Part shown: positions 10,041 through 20,555 of the stretch, in pieces | How the letters are laid out: each line of letters opens with the position of its first letter | Position numbering within the stretch: the first letter of the stretch is position 1 | NCBI GenBank assembly: GCA_963681965.1 | Contig: OY820579.1 | Coordinates: 320,001 to 384,000, forward strand | Length of the DNA: 64,000 nt | Direction of reading: 5' to 3' | Origin: a bacterium | GTDB lineage: Bacteria > Electryoneota > JAOADG01 | Notes under the pieces: generated by a model | The model's input: the letters and a program-made list of their open reading frames with translations, nothing else | Told to the model about the DNA's origin: nothing | The model's database searches: none | Translations under genes and position numbers: made by a program

Positions 10041-12092
10041 TTATTTTCGGGTTTCGAAAGGTCGCTTTTCAATCAATACCTGATTAGTGGTGGGATCGTT
10101 GGTTAACATAATCGATCCGCTATTTTCCGGGGTTAGTTTTACAGTACTGCCATTTAAGTCGATTTTACTTACTCCCTCAATCGCTTCAGTAATCTCCATT
10201 AGAACGGTTTCACTCTTTCCCTGCTCGATGCGTTGTTGCAATAATATATTTTCCAATCTTCGGGTGTTGATCAGATTTCGCGCCGGTTTAATCGCTTCCA
10301 ATAATCGACGCGACGACATCACATCTTCCTGGCTCGCGAATTCCCGCGTTTCTACCCGCTGCTGCTTAATGAACCGAAGTAGTGCTGCCTGTACGTTATC
10401 GCTTTCCAAAAGACTCATTACATCATCACCGAAGTGACTCTGCAGTCGTTTGATTCCTTGTTCGGCGTTGGAAATGACGCCTTCGTTATGTTCGATTCGT
10501 TTACTGGAATATGCCTTCGTTCCAACGTGGATCTCATTCGGATCGGTGGATTCGTCTACCGATAAAACGCGCGCCTTTACATGTTTATTAGCGTCGATTA
10601 CACAACTACTGACAGTATCCACAAATACCGTATCGGCGACGATATGGCTCTGAAAGCTTGTTCCGGATACCACTACACGATCTTTAGCGGAAATTTCGCA
10701 CCCAGAAACCATTCCCTCTATGACCACATGTTTGTCACTGGTCAACTTTGCTGCCGAAACAGCACCTTTGACCATAATACTTTCGCTCGATTCAATTTGG
10801 CTTTGTTCGCCGACTTCGCCGTTGATTAATATGCTGTTGGAGGCAATAATCATACTGTTATCGGAGAGATTGCCTTGAATTTCAACGGCATCTTCGGTAA
10901 AAATTCGCGATTGCTTAATCGACCCCCCTACTTTTGTGGTGGATCTAGCAATCACGGAACTCTCGCGAATCGACCCTTTCACAATCACTTCTTTGTTTCC
11001 AACCAAATTGGAGCTATCGATATTACCCTTGACGATAATATTGTTTCCGGAAGTGATCACGCCGCCTTCTTCGACATTTCCATCGATAAAAATGCTTCGA
11101 GTCGAAGTTAGCTTACTTCCCGATTTGAGGTTTCCGTGAATTTCGATTGCTTCGTTAGAAGTGTAATCGATCCGATTATCGGCAATGATCACCCGGACTG
11201 GAGCAACTGCAACACTGACTTTGTATATCCGTTTTATCGGACCAACCGTAGTCAACATCTCACGTTCAAAAAGCCGAATTTCCGCTAACCCATCTCGCTG
11301 CGCGTAAATTCCGAGACCTAATGAAGCGATTGCGGCACCATCCTGTGCTTCCAATTCGATATCCAGCCCACCGACACCGTTGATCGACCGTCCGAATAAA
11401 TCGACTCCTTGTTTTTCCGAATGCGTTCGAGGAATTTTCTTACACAGCAATTGTCCGGAATGAACGCGCAACGACTTCGCAAACCCTTCAACATTGGCTG
11501 GGTTAGGCGAAAAGTCGATCATATACTCCATCGAAGCGTTCTCACCGCTAACAGGAAGTCTTCCCTCGGCGACAATTGCCGACTGCAGGAGATTACTTTC
11601 AATCGTTCGAAGATATAGCTGATTGATTTTTTCCTGATTGATGAATTCGTTGCGAAGTCCGGAACAACTGAAAACGTGACGAATGGCATCGGGAGTCAGT
11701 GGCGAGTTATCTTCAAGCAAAGGAAACAACAGCAGTTGTGCTATCATATCTTTGTATTCGATACCCTGAGGATCAATTACCGAGCGGATGATTAGCTGTG
11801 GTTTACCGCTTTCAATGAGACCAATTTGAACTCGTAAAGTTGAAATCACGAACTCATCTACATTTCGATTTTCGATAATTTCGCCAAATTCGAGTACCGG
11901 AGGGGGAAAACCGGTTTGAATAAAAATTTGGTTTTTAATTAACCGCAGAACTTCAGTTGTCGCTTCGAGGGATTCGAGTAGAGTTTTGTCAAAACGTGCT
12001 CGCAATAACCAGCTACGCGGAGTTTCTTCGCGTATTTCTAGCTTTAAATGCTCGAGTTTCTCGAACATTTCGCGTTTAGCGGCAGCTTTCAC
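10041..12092 (-). CDS. FapA/DUF342-like protein with extended beta-helix repeats
   Basis: VAEGRLPVSGENA, VHSGQLLCKKIP, GVDLFGRSI resemble the DUF342 N-region; repeated IxIxGxV units. Confidence 0.65.
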   Translation of the reverse strand: MKAAAKREMFEKLEHLKLEIREETPRSWLLRARFDKTLLESLEATTEVLRLIKNQIFIQTGFPPPVLEFGEIIENRNVDEFVISTLRVQIGLIESGKPQLIIRSVIDPQGIEYKDMIAQLLLFPLLEDNSPLTPDAIRHVFSCSGLRNEFINQEKINQLYLRTIESNLLQSAIVAEGRLPVSGENASMEYMIDFSPNPANVEGFAKSLRVHSGQLLCKKIPRTHSEKQGVDLFGRSINGVGGLDIELEAQDGAAIASLGLGIYAQRDGLAEIRLFEREMLTTVGPIKRIYKVSVAVAPVRVIIADNRIDYTSNEAIEIHGNLKSGSKLTSTRSIFIDGNVEEGGVITSGNNIIVKGNIDSSNLVGNKEVIVKGSIRESSVIARSTTKVGGSIKQSRIFTEDAVEIQGNLSDNSMIIASNSILINGEVGEQSQIESSESIMVKGAVSAAKLTSDKHVVIEGMVSGCEISAKDRVVVSGTSFQSHIVADTVFVDTVSSCVIDANKHVKARVLSVDESTDPNEIHVGTKAYSSKRIEHNEGVISNAEQGIKRLQSHFGDDVMSLLESDNVQAALLRFIKQQRVETREFASQEDVMSSRRLLEAIKPARNLINTRRLENILLQQRIEQGKSETVLMEITEAIEGVSKIDLNGSTVKLTPENSGSIMLTNDPTTNQVLIEKRPFETRK

Positions 12093-12307
12093 GTTTTCTT
12101 TCTGAGTTCCAATCTGGATTGATTGTTAGAAATTGAGAGACCTATAACTAATTATCGAAGAATTTTACCCTATTCTAAACTACGAGACTGATATTCTAAT
12201 AAAATTGGGATCGGTATCAGAGATGTATATTTATTAACTAACAATGTACTCTATCTGGAGAAAGCAACAAACAAATTCTTGGGTCATTAAGAAAATATTC
12301 GATTGCT

Positions 12308-13687
12308 TCATCCCTTTGCCAATTTTTTTCGAAGTAGCGGGAAAGTGACAATTACACTGATTACGACAAAAGAGAGTAACACGGTATAGGATAGCCAGCT
12401 ATCTGCAATCGGCAGTCTACGCCAGAAATAATTTTGGAGTGCCTCCATTGCCCACGAGTTTAGCGTAAATTTTCCGACCATTTGCAACCAACCGGGCATC
12501 ATAAATGAAGGAAACATCGATCCACCTACCGCAGACATACTCAATGCGATAACAGTAACCAACGCGTCAGCCATCTCTTCCGAACGTGCCAATGCCGCAA
12601 GCAACATTGAGAAGCTGGTTACTGCTAACACAATCAATGAACAGGTTGCGAACAGTTGCCAAGGTTGGAACCGTAAATCCAAATGAAACACTAGCGCACC
12701 GACTGCGAACATCACATATAACTGCACCAAACCCAGCATCAATAAGAAGATCCATTTTGCGACCAAGAGCCGTTCAATCCCCAAACCTGATACAAGTAAT
12801 CGACGTAACGTCCCTTCGCGTTTTTCCTTCAACAGCGACTTAGCACCGGCACCAATCGAAAAGAACATAAACATGACTGCCACACCGGCAATTGATTGCG
12901 CGACAGCGGGTGACGATACTTTCTCACCGACTATAGGAATTGTCGAAAACTGAAAAAAATTACCAATCGGATCGAAGCCTTCCTGATTGGAATTCTGTTT
13001 ACTACTATCAGACTGTTTGGCGGCATTCTGTAGTGGAGCCAACAACTGCTTACCGAGTGCATCGCGATCGCCAACCGAAAACCAACTTTTTGATACATCG
13101 GCAAGATCAATTTGAAAGGTTCGTGAAATCAGATCTTTCATCGAGCGGTCAAATTCTTTGGCTTGATTTGAATCGAGCGATTGCGAGGAGGAACGTGACA
13201 TTGCAATTCCCATTAATTCGGGAATGCCTTTAAATACAGTTTTCTGGACAATTCCCGAGGTGATCCCAGTCTCGAATTTAGCTTTCGGATCCGTCCACAA
13301 TGTCACCATTAGCTTCCCGACACCCGCCAGAGTATCCAACGCTCCTCGTGGAACAACCAAAGCAACTTGATCGCGTCCCCGCTTAATCCGGTTGATCGCA
13401 ATGATACTGTCAATTGGAATGAGTTTACTGTCATTCTCGATTGTATCGACGAGTTCGATCGTTTTCTCTTTAAGCAGTTCAAAGCGCAGTCGTTGCGAGA
13501 GCGGTGAGTGATCGAGATCGACAAACAGCAAACGCATCGGAGTACTCTCGCTGGAACCACTGCCACCGAACGCAAATCCAAACACGATTGCCATGACAAT
13601 CGGAATCAGAAATGTCACGACCAATTCCGCTTTTTTTCTGACAAAAAGCTTGAGATCTTTTCCGATTAATTTCAGAATTGGATTCAT
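12308..13687 (-). CDS. ABC-2 type exporter permease
   Basis: N-terminal TM, large extracytoplasmic loop, EKREGTLRRLLVS, GGSMFP. Confidence 0.85.
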   Translation of the reverse strand: MNPILKLIGKDLKLFVRKKAELVVTFLIPIVMAIVFGFAFGGSGSSESTPMRLLFVDLDHSPLSQRLRFELLKEKTIELVDTIENDSKLIPIDSIIAINRIKRGRDQVALVVPRGALDTLAGVGKLMVTLWTDPKAKFETGITSGIVQKTVFKGIPELMGIAMSRSSSQSLDSNQAKEFDRSMKDLISRTFQIDLADVSKSWFSVGDRDALGKQLLAPLQNAAKQSDSSKQNSNQEGFDPIGNFFQFSTIPIVGEKVSSPAVAQSIAGVAVMFMFFSIGAGAKSLLKEKREGTLRRLLVSGLGIERLLVAKWIFLLMLGLVQLYVMFAVGALVFHLDLRFQPWQLFATCSLIVLAVTSFSMLLAALARSEEMADALVTVIALSMSAVGGSMFPSFMMPGWLQMVGKFTLNSWAMEALQNYFWRRLPIADSWLSYTVLLSFVVISVIVTFPLLRKKLAKG

Positions 13688-13688
13688 T

Positions 13689-14621
13689 TCATTCCCGTAG
13701 CGTTCTACCAGTTAAGTCGAGAAACAGCGTTTCCAATGAAGGGCGTTCAATTTCAATGGCACTATAGGGTAGATCGGAGATATGTGCGATTGTTTCGGGA
13801 ATCGGGCGATTCAATAACACAACGATACTTTGGTCAATTATCGATTGAGTGCCAAATTCGGCGAGACGTTTCGAATCATAGATTTGCGCCGTGATCGCAG
13901 GAGAAGCAAATTGCAGGATCAGTTTTGTCGGCAGCTTGCGGGTTTTAATTAGATCTTCGTGTGCACCACACGCTAACACACCGCCGTGATCAATCACGGC
14001 AATCTTGTTGCACAATCGCTCGGCTTCTTCCATATAGTGGGTTGAGTAAAGAACGGTAACACCTTGTTTCAATACCGATTCAATGAGATCGAACAGCAAT
14101 GACCGGCTCTGGGGATCGACACCGGCAGTCGGTTCGTCAAGCATTAATACCCGCGGGCGATGAATTAGAGCACAGGCAAAATTCAATCGTCGCTTCATTC
14201 CCCCGGAATAATTCTCAACGCGGTCGTTTGCGCGCTCAGACAGACCAACGGCATTCAGTAGTTCGCGAGTACGATCGGTCAATTCTGCTTTCGGGATGTT
14301 GTACATTCCACCCCAGAATTGCAGATTTTCCGTGGCACTCATCTCACTGTACAGGGCAATCTCTTGAGGAGCGATTCCGATTGCCAATCGTACTTCCGGT
14401 CGAATCGGCGCAAATGCAGACCCTTCAAACCGGATTTCTCCCGATCCCGGTTCCAGATCGCTACTTAAGATTCGCATTAATGTGGTTTTACCGGCACCAT
14501 TCGGACCGAGTAGCCCGAAGCAGCAACCAGCCGGAATGTCCAGCGATACCCCGCGAAGCGCTTCAGTATTGCTTCGGGGATAGCGGAAATGAATATTATC
14601 GAGTTCGAACGTGTTATCCAT
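13689..14621 (-). CDS. ABC transporter ATP-binding protein
   Basis: Walker A GPNGAGKTT, signature YSGGMKRR, Walker B LMLDEPT. Confidence 0.92.
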   Translation of the reverse strand: MDNTFELDNIHFRYPRSNTEALRGVSLDIPAGCCFGLLGPNGAGKTTLMRILSSDLEPGSGEIRFEGSAFAPIRPEVRLAIGIAPQEIALYSEMSATENLQFWGGMYNIPKAELTDRTRELLNAVGLSERANDRVENYSGGMKRRLNFACALIHRPRVLMLDEPTAGVDPQSRSLLFDLIESVLKQGVTVLYSTHYMEEAERLCNKIAVIDHGGVLACGAHEDLIKTRKLPTKLILQFASPAITAQIYDSKRLAEFGTQSIIDQSIVVLLNRPIPETIAHISDLPYSAIEIERPSLETLFLDLTGRTLRE

Positions 14622-14727
14622 GTCGGGAACTTACAATCGACAAAAACAATACGCAATTGGAAACTGTCGTGGAGCATAATAGATTACCCGCTGCAATTGA
14701 CGAGATCGTTTCACTGTTTTGACTATT

Positions 14728-15876
14728 ATGATTGAACAAACTGCACCCGGTTTCAAATTCAAATTATTGCACGGCGAGCACTGCACTCCACGCCGCGGCG
14801 AACTGCATACGCCTCATGGTATCATCGAGACTCCGTGTTTTTGGCCGGTAGGTACGGTCGGATCGGTCAAATTGATTTTACCCGACGACTTAAATAGTAC
14901 CGGTGCACAGGGAATGCTATCGAACACCTATCACTTGCTGTTGCGTCCGGGTGATGAGGCTTTGACTCAACTAGGCGGGTTGCATCGCTGGGGTGGATGG
15001 AAGAAACCTATTCTAACCGACTCTGGTGGATTTCAAGTAATGTCGCTCGCGACTCATCGCAAACTCTCGGAGGAATGCGTCCTCTTTCAATCGCACATCG
15101 ATGGGTCCAAGCATATTCTTTCTCCCGAACGATCGATTGCGATTCAACGTGCAATCGGTGCCGATATCATCTTTATGCTCGATGTCTGTCCGGCATTCGA
15201 AGCTTCGGAAAAAGAGTTACGCGAAGCACACGAGCGTACATTGCTGTGGGCGATACGGAATCGCCGAGCATTTGCCGAATTTCCTTCGCGATACGGGCAC
15301 GACCAGACGTTGTGGGCAGTCGTTCAAGGTGCTACCGATTTGGCGCTACGGCGGGAAGCCGCTGCAACTCTAGCTGAGGGCAACGACTTTGGGTACGCCA
15401 TTGGTGGTCTGGCGGTTGGCGAACCGAAAGAATTGATGTACCCAGCCATCGCTGCAGTTACCGAAACACTACCGATCGCAGCACCGAAGCATTTACTCGG
15501 TGTAGGAACCCCCGACGATTTGTTATCCGGGATTGCACTCGGTGTCGATTCATTCGATTGTGTTTTGCCGACACGCAACGCGCGGCACGGGATTGCGTTT
15601 ACTTCCCGTGGAATAATCCGGATTAAAAACGAACGCTACAAACTCGATCAGGAACCGCTCGATCCCGATTGTAAATGCGCGTGTTGCCGTCAGATTTCGC
15701 GTTCGTTCCTTCGACACTTATATTTTGCATCAGAAGCGACAGCCGCTCGCTGGTTAACGTATCACAATCTTAGCTATTATAATCAACTGTTAACGGAAGC
15801 GCGCGACGCAATCGCGGCTAGCCGGTTTCCCGAATTCGCTGCAACAAAGCGAGTCGGCTGGACCGAAAATATATAA
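14728..15876 (+). CDS. tgt: tRNA-guanine transglycosylase
   Basis: SNTYHL, TDSGGFQ, HLLGVG, FDCVLPTRNAR, Zn motif CKCACC; followed by yajC. Confidence 0.95.
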   Translation: MIEQTAPGFKFKLLHGEHCTPRRGELHTPHGIIETPCFWPVGTVGSVKLILPDDLNSTGAQGMLSNTYHLLLRPGDEALTQLGGLHRWGGWKKPILTDSGGFQVMSLATHRKLSEECVLFQSHIDGSKHILSPERSIAIQRAIGADIIFMLDVCPAFEASEKELREAHERTLLWAIRNRRAFAEFPSRYGHDQTLWAVVQGATDLALRREAAATLAEGNDFGYAIGGLAVGEPKELMYPAIAAVTETLPIAAPKHLLGVGTPDDLLSGIALGVDSFDCVLPTRNARHGIAFTSRGIIRIKNERYKLDQEPLDPDCKCACCRQISRSFLRHLYFASEATAARWLTYHNLSYYNQLLTEARDAIAASRFPEFAATKRVGWTENI

Positions 15877-15943
15877 TTTGTCATGTTACTCGCTTGCAGG
15901 CTACTGCAATTACAAGTAACTACAATTGAACCAAGGAGATAGA

Positions 15944-16273
15944 ATGCATTTTGCTTGGACTATGCTTGAAACAGCCCAGCAACCCGCACAAGGTGGTGGT
16001 CTCATCGGTTTATTTCTACCGATGGCGGTCATTTTCGCAATCATGTACTTTTTCCTAATTCGCCCGCAAGCGAAAAAGGCGAAAGAGATGCAGAAAATGC
16101 TCGATTCAGTCACTCCCGGTACTGAAATTGTCACCAATGGTGGTATCCACGGTATCGTCAAGGGTGTGAAGGGAATGAACAACGAAATTCTGATTATTCA
16201 GATTGCAGAATCGGTCAAAATTGAGATCGATCGCGGCGCTATTGGTCGCGTCAAAGGCGCAGAGACCAAGTAA
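15944..16273 (+). CDS. yajC: Preprotein translocase subunit YajC
   Basis: YFFLIRPQAKK, VTNGGIHG; RBS AAGGAG. Confidence 0.93.
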   Translation: MHFAWTMLETAQQPAQGGGLIGLFLPMAVIFAIMYFFLIRPQAKKAKEMQKMLDSVTPGTEIVTNGGIHGIVKGVKGMNNEILIIQIAESVKIEIDRGAIGRVKGAETK

Positions 16274-16275
16274 CG

Positions 16276-16788
16276 ATGGCGGCGATCAAACGGTACGGCA
16301 ATCCGGTTTTACGACGTAAAACCGATCCGGTAACTTCTTTCGACGATAAATTCCGTGAAATGGTTGCGGCGATGAAGCTGACCATGCTGGAAAGTGACGG
16401 CGTCGGTTTGGCTGCACCTCAAGTTGGAATATCGCTCTGCTTTTTTATTATGGGCATTCCCGTCGATCCAAAGGACAAAGAGGGGGAACGAACCTGGTTT
16501 GTCGTTGCCAATCCTCAATTCACGCACAAATCCGATGAAGAAGTGTTGATGGAAGAGGGGTGTTTATCGTTCCCGGGAATGTACATCGAAGTGTATCGAC
16601 CGGAAGCGGTAACAATCCGATATCAGGATGAATTCGGACAGTGGCGGGAAATGTCGGAGACCGGGTATATATCCCGAGTTATTCAGCATGAATTCGATCA
16701 TTTAGAGGGGATTCTCTTCATCGATCGGATCAGCCCATTAAAACGCTCATTACTGCGAAAGAAACTGAGGGCACTACAGGAAGATTAA
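16276..16788 (+). CDS. def: Peptide deformylase
   Basis: GVGLAAPQVG, EGCLS, QHEFDHL. Confidence 0.96.
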   Translation: MAAIKRYGNPVLRRKTDPVTSFDDKFREMVAAMKLTMLESDGVGLAAPQVGISLCFFIMGIPVDPKDKEGERTWFVVANPQFTHKSDEEVLMEEGCLSFPGMYIEVYRPEAVTIRYQDEFGQWREMSETGYISRVIQHEFDHLEGILFIDRISPLKRSLLRKKLRALQED

Positions 16789-16839
16789 TATCTGCCAATT
16801 ATCTGCGATAACATACAATTCGCAAACATCGAGTGCGCG

Positions 16840-16886
16840 TGGGACGAATGGAACCTGATTAATAGGTACATTCGTCCCATTTTTTT
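16840..16886 (+). terminator. Rho-independent terminator after def
   Basis: TGGGACGAATG...CATTCGTCCCA followed by T7. Confidence 0.7.
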
Positions 16887-16973
16887 ATCTGCGATTTTGG
16901 ACATTCTCGCCGGAAGTGGTATTTTTTATCAAGTTTCGAATATTCCTATCTGCATAGACTTTGGAGTTAGCGT

Positions 16974-18182
16974 ATGAGCGTGTTTTCCAGCGGCAATATA
17001 ACAGCGAAATCGGATTGCTCTGTCAGTTACGACCCTCGCCCCAGTGGTGGCATCGAGTGGCACATCTCGTCTAAAATTGACTCGCTATACGGCGATGCGA
17101 TTCGCGCCGATGCCGAAAAGACATTACAAATGCTGGGAATCAAACACGGCAAATTTACTATTGTCGACAACGGCGCACTCCCCTTTGTGATGATGGCACG
17201 GATCGAAGCGGCAATAAAGAAAGCCGATCCGACCTTTACCGGTGAAGCGCTTCCGGAAATGCAACCATTTTGTCTGTATCACAGCACCCGCGATAAATTT
17301 CGACGCAGTCGGCTCTATCTTCCCGGCGACCAACCGAAATTGATGCTCAACGCCGGTATTCACAAGCCGGATGGCGTAATCCTCGATCTTGAAGATTCGG
17401 TTGCACCCTCAGAAAAAATATCGGCGCGATTGATCGTTCGCAATGCCTTGCGGTCGATCGATTTTTTCGGTGCCGAACGGATGGTACGTATCAATCAAGG
17501 CGAGCTTGGTTTGAAAGACTTGGAAGCAATCATTCCGCATAACGTCCATCAAATTTTAATTCCGAAAGTAGAAACACCCGATCAGCTAATCGCGGTCGAC
17601 AAAAAAATTGCCGAAATCTGTCACGCATGTGGTCGAACCGAACCGGTATTCCTGATGCCAATTCTCGAAAGTGCGCTGGGTATTCTGAATGCACTCGCCA
17701 TTGCCACCGCGAGTAAGAACAATACCGCCTTGGCAATCGGTCTCGAAGACTACACTGCCGACATCGGCACGCAACGCACCCTTGAAGGAAAAGAGTCGTT
17801 CTTTGCGCGGGCAATGGTCGTCAATGCCGCTCGTGCTACCGGATTGCAACCGATCGATACGGTGTTCTCCGATGTCAACGATACCGAAGGTTTGATCGCA
17901 TCCGTACATGAGGCAAAAGAGCTTGGTTTCGACGGCAAAGGGTGTATTCACCCGCGACAAATTCAGCCGATCCATGATGCTTTTGCTCCTGCTCAATCCG
18001 AGATTGACCGCGCCAAAAAAATTGTCGTAGCATTCGACGAAGCGCAAGCCAAGGGGCTGGGTGTCGTTGCACTCGGCAGTAAAATGATCGATCCACCCGT
18101 CGTCAAACGGGCGATGCATACGATCAAGATGGCGATCAACACCGGAATGCTGTCGGAAACATGGAAGACCGACCAGCAGTAA
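16974..18182 (+). CDS. CitD(ACP)-like + CitE (citryl-CoA lyase family) fusion protein
   Basis: N-terminal SDC...YGDAIR...DNGALPFVMMARIEAA resembles CitD; C-terminal RRSRLYLPG, LDLEDSV, IPKVE, GFDGKGCIHPRQ, MIDPP is CitE. Confidence 0.85.
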   Translation: MSVFSSGNITAKSDCSVSYDPRPSGGIEWHISSKIDSLYGDAIRADAEKTLQMLGIKHGKFTIVDNGALPFVMMARIEAAIKKADPTFTGEALPEMQPFCLYHSTRDKFRRSRLYLPGDQPKLMLNAGIHKPDGVILDLEDSVAPSEKISARLIVRNALRSIDFFGAERMVRINQGELGLKDLEAIIPHNVHQILIPKVETPDQLIAVDKKIAEICHACGRTEPVFLMPILESALGILNALAIATASKNNTALAIGLEDYTADIGTQRTLEGKESFFARAMVVNAARATGLQPIDTVFSDVNDTEGLIASVHEAKELGFDGKGCIHPRQIQPIHDAFAPAQSEIDRAKKIVVAFDEAQAKGLGVVALGSKMIDPPVVKRAMHTIKMAINTGMLSETWKTDQQ

Positions 18183-18883
18183 CATCCGGTAGTACCGATA
18201 GATCTAAGGGCGCGAACAATCGCGCCCGTTTCGCTTATCTACTTATTGGCTCGTCTGCAATTTTGTTACTGCTAACTTCATTCGTCAGAGCGTGTACCCA
18301 GCTCTTGACGATCGAAAATGTATCGATGGTTGTTCCCGTCGCGAATCAATCGATATCCGGTTTTCTCGAACACTCGATTTTATATCAACCGCGCGATGTC
18401 GTGCGCGACGGTTTGCCGTGGTTCGGTACCGCACGCGACGATTGGAAAGCGGGCGCGCGAAAGCGCAAGCACATGGGGCTCGATTATTATTCCGATACGA
18501 TCACAGTGTTAGCGGCTGCCGCTGGCGAAGTCACTGCCGTGGGTCGCGGAAAGCAGTGGGGCGGCAGCATTACCATTCGCCATGCCAACAAAGTCGAAAC
18601 GATGTATCTTCACATCTCGCAGTGGAAAACGTTTGTCGGTGCAAATGTCAAAGCCGGCGAGATCATTGCAACAATTACTACGCCGGAAGGAAATGCAATA
18701 CAACCACAATTGCATTTTTCAATCAAAGTCGACGAGCACTTCCGCGATCCGTTGCCGTACATTTTGGAACGATACCGCACGGATAAGACCGTTCTCGAGC
18801 AATTAAACCGGTTTCAATCAACTAAATCTGCCCGTGTAAGTGAACGGGACAGTCTGCTGAAGCTATTTCTGGACCGACGATAA
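18161..18883 (+). CDS. M23/LytM-family protein (start uncertain)
   Basis: HMGLD, AAAAGEV, YLH, VKAGEIIA, PQLHF. Confidence 0.75.
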   Translation: MEDRPAVTSGSTDRSKGANNRARFAYLLIGSSAILLLLTSFVRACTQLLTIENVSMVVPVANQSISGFLEHSILYQPRDVVRDGLPWFGTARDDWKAGARKRKHMGLDYYSDTITVLAAAAGEVTAVGRGKQWGGSITIRHANKVETMYLHISQWKTFVGANVKAGEIIATITTPEGNAIQPQLHFSIKVDEHFRDPLPYILERYRTDKTVLEQLNRFQSTKSARVSERDSLLKLFLDRR

Positions 18884-18897
18884 TTCGAGGGCGATTC

Positions 18898-19812
18898 ATG
18901 GCGATCATGATTCAGGCAAAATCGATCCTCTCCGATCTTGGCAAAAACCGGGACGATGGATTTTGCGTGCGCTACAACATGAATCTCTATCGTGGTTGTC
19001 AACATGCCTGTATCTATTGCGATTCACGCAGCACCTGTTATCAAGTCCAGCACTTCACAGAAATCGAAGTGAAAGAGAACGCCATCGAGTTACTTCGACG
19101 CGAGCTATCCTCCAAACGTCAGAAAGGGGTCGTTTCCACCGGCAGTATGAACGATCCGTATATGCCGATCGAGCGCCAATTCGAGCAAACCCGGAAAGCA
19201 CTGATCGAATTGGATCGCTTCCGGTATCCGGTTCATATCGTCACCAAAGGCGATCTCATCACCCGCGATATCGATATCCTGCAAAAAAACCAAAAGACCT
19301 GGTTGTCGGTCTCGGTTACGCTAACCACTACGAACGATGCGCTTGCCCGAATACTCGAACCGGGAGCGCCATCTCCTACCCGACGAATCGCTGCGATCAA
19401 AACACTGTCGGAAGCCGGAATTCACGTCGGAATTTTCTTGATGCCGATTCTCCCATTCATCACCGACGATCCCGACAATATCACGAATATCGTGAGCAAA
19501 GCCGCTGAAGCGGGCGCTAGTTACATCATTTATTGCAATGGCATGACGCTGCGCGACGGCAGCCGCGAATATTTTTACGAGGCTTTGGACAAACATTTCC
19601 CCGGCATTCGGGAAAAATACGAGCGTCGGTTCGGCAAGCAGTATTCTTGTAAGACACCGAATTTCCGGATACTCGAAGAATTGATTCAGAAATTGTGCCG
19701 TCAATATAATCTCGCCACCGATCTATCGTACGATGACGAGCAAGTGCAATACGCCACGCAACTATCGTTATTCGAATCGTTGAATTTGCCTATCGAAAGG
19801 AAATCGCGATGA
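18898..19812 (+). CDS. Radical SAM protein, spore photoproduct lyase-like family
   Basis: NLYRGCQHACIYC, DPYMPIE, EPGAPSP. Confidence 0.85.
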   Translation: MAIMIQAKSILSDLGKNRDDGFCVRYNMNLYRGCQHACIYCDSRSTCYQVQHFTEIEVKENAIELLRRELSSKRQKGVVSTGSMNDPYMPIERQFEQTRKALIELDRFRYPVHIVTKGDLITRDIDILQKNQKTWLSVSVTLTTTNDALARILEPGAPSPTRRIAAIKTLSEAGIHVGIFLMPILPFITDDPDNITNIVSKAAEAGASYIIYCNGMTLRDGSREYFYEALDKHFPGIREKYERRFGKQYSCKTPNFRILEELIQKLCRQYNLATDLSYDDEQVQYATQLSLFESLNLPIERKSR

Positions 19813-20555
19813 GCAGTGTATCGAAAGCTCTACTTCAAAACATTCACCAAGAGATAATCACTCGATTCGAAGCGATTGCCGATCCCGCGATCGTTGCCAA
19901 GTACCAGCGATATTTCAAAGACACGTTCGATGGATACGGAATACCGACCGAGACATTTCAAACAATAACCAAAGAGCTTCACGCAAAGTATCAGACCCAA
20001 CTCGGCTTATCGGGATTTCTCAAACTAGGCGATCTGTTGCTGAAGTCCGGCAAATTCGAAGAGGGATCGCTGGCGATGATGTCGCTGCTTCCGTTCAAGA
20101 AAGATTTTACAGTCGACACATTTGAGCATATCAGCGGATGGTTCGATCACGGTATCAGCAATTGGGCACATGTCGATGGATTCTGTTCGGAAGTGATTTA
20201 CGAGTTTTTCCGGTTGAAAGTGATCGATGAAACGGACTTACTACCGTGGCGGGAAGCTTCCTCGGTATGGAAAAGGCGTGCCGTTCCCGTCGCATTCATT
20301 CAATTGTTGCAGCTAAAAGTTCCGGCATCGCAACTGCTACCGAATATCGAACCGTTAATGCTCGAACCCGAAGAGATGGCTCAGAAAGGGGTGGGCTGGT
20401 TCCTGCGAGAGGCATGGAAACGCGATCCCAAACCGGTCGAAAAACTCTTACTGAAATGGAAGGATAAATCGCCGCGACTCATCTTCCAGTATGCCACTGA
20501 GAAGATGACCAAGGAGCAGAAAGACAAATACCGGAAGGCGAAACCGGGGAAGTAA
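19809..20555 (+). CDS. AlkD-like DNA alkylation repair (HEAT-repeat) protein
   Basis: NWAHVD, WKRR, QKGVGWFLRE, YATEKM; 4-bp overlap with the upstream gene. Confidence 0.85.
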   Translation: MSSVSKALLQNIHQEIITRFEAIADPAIVAKYQRYFKDTFDGYGIPTETFQTITKELHAKYQTQLGLSGFLKLGDLLLKSGKFEEGSLAMMSLLPFKKDFTVDTFEHISGWFDHGISNWAHVDGFCSEVIYEFFRLKVIDETDLLPWREASSVWKRRAVPVAFIQLLQLKVPASQLLPNIEPLMLEPEEMAQKGVGWFLREAWKRDPKPVEKLLLKWKDKSPRLIFQYATEKMTKEQKDKYRKAKPGK

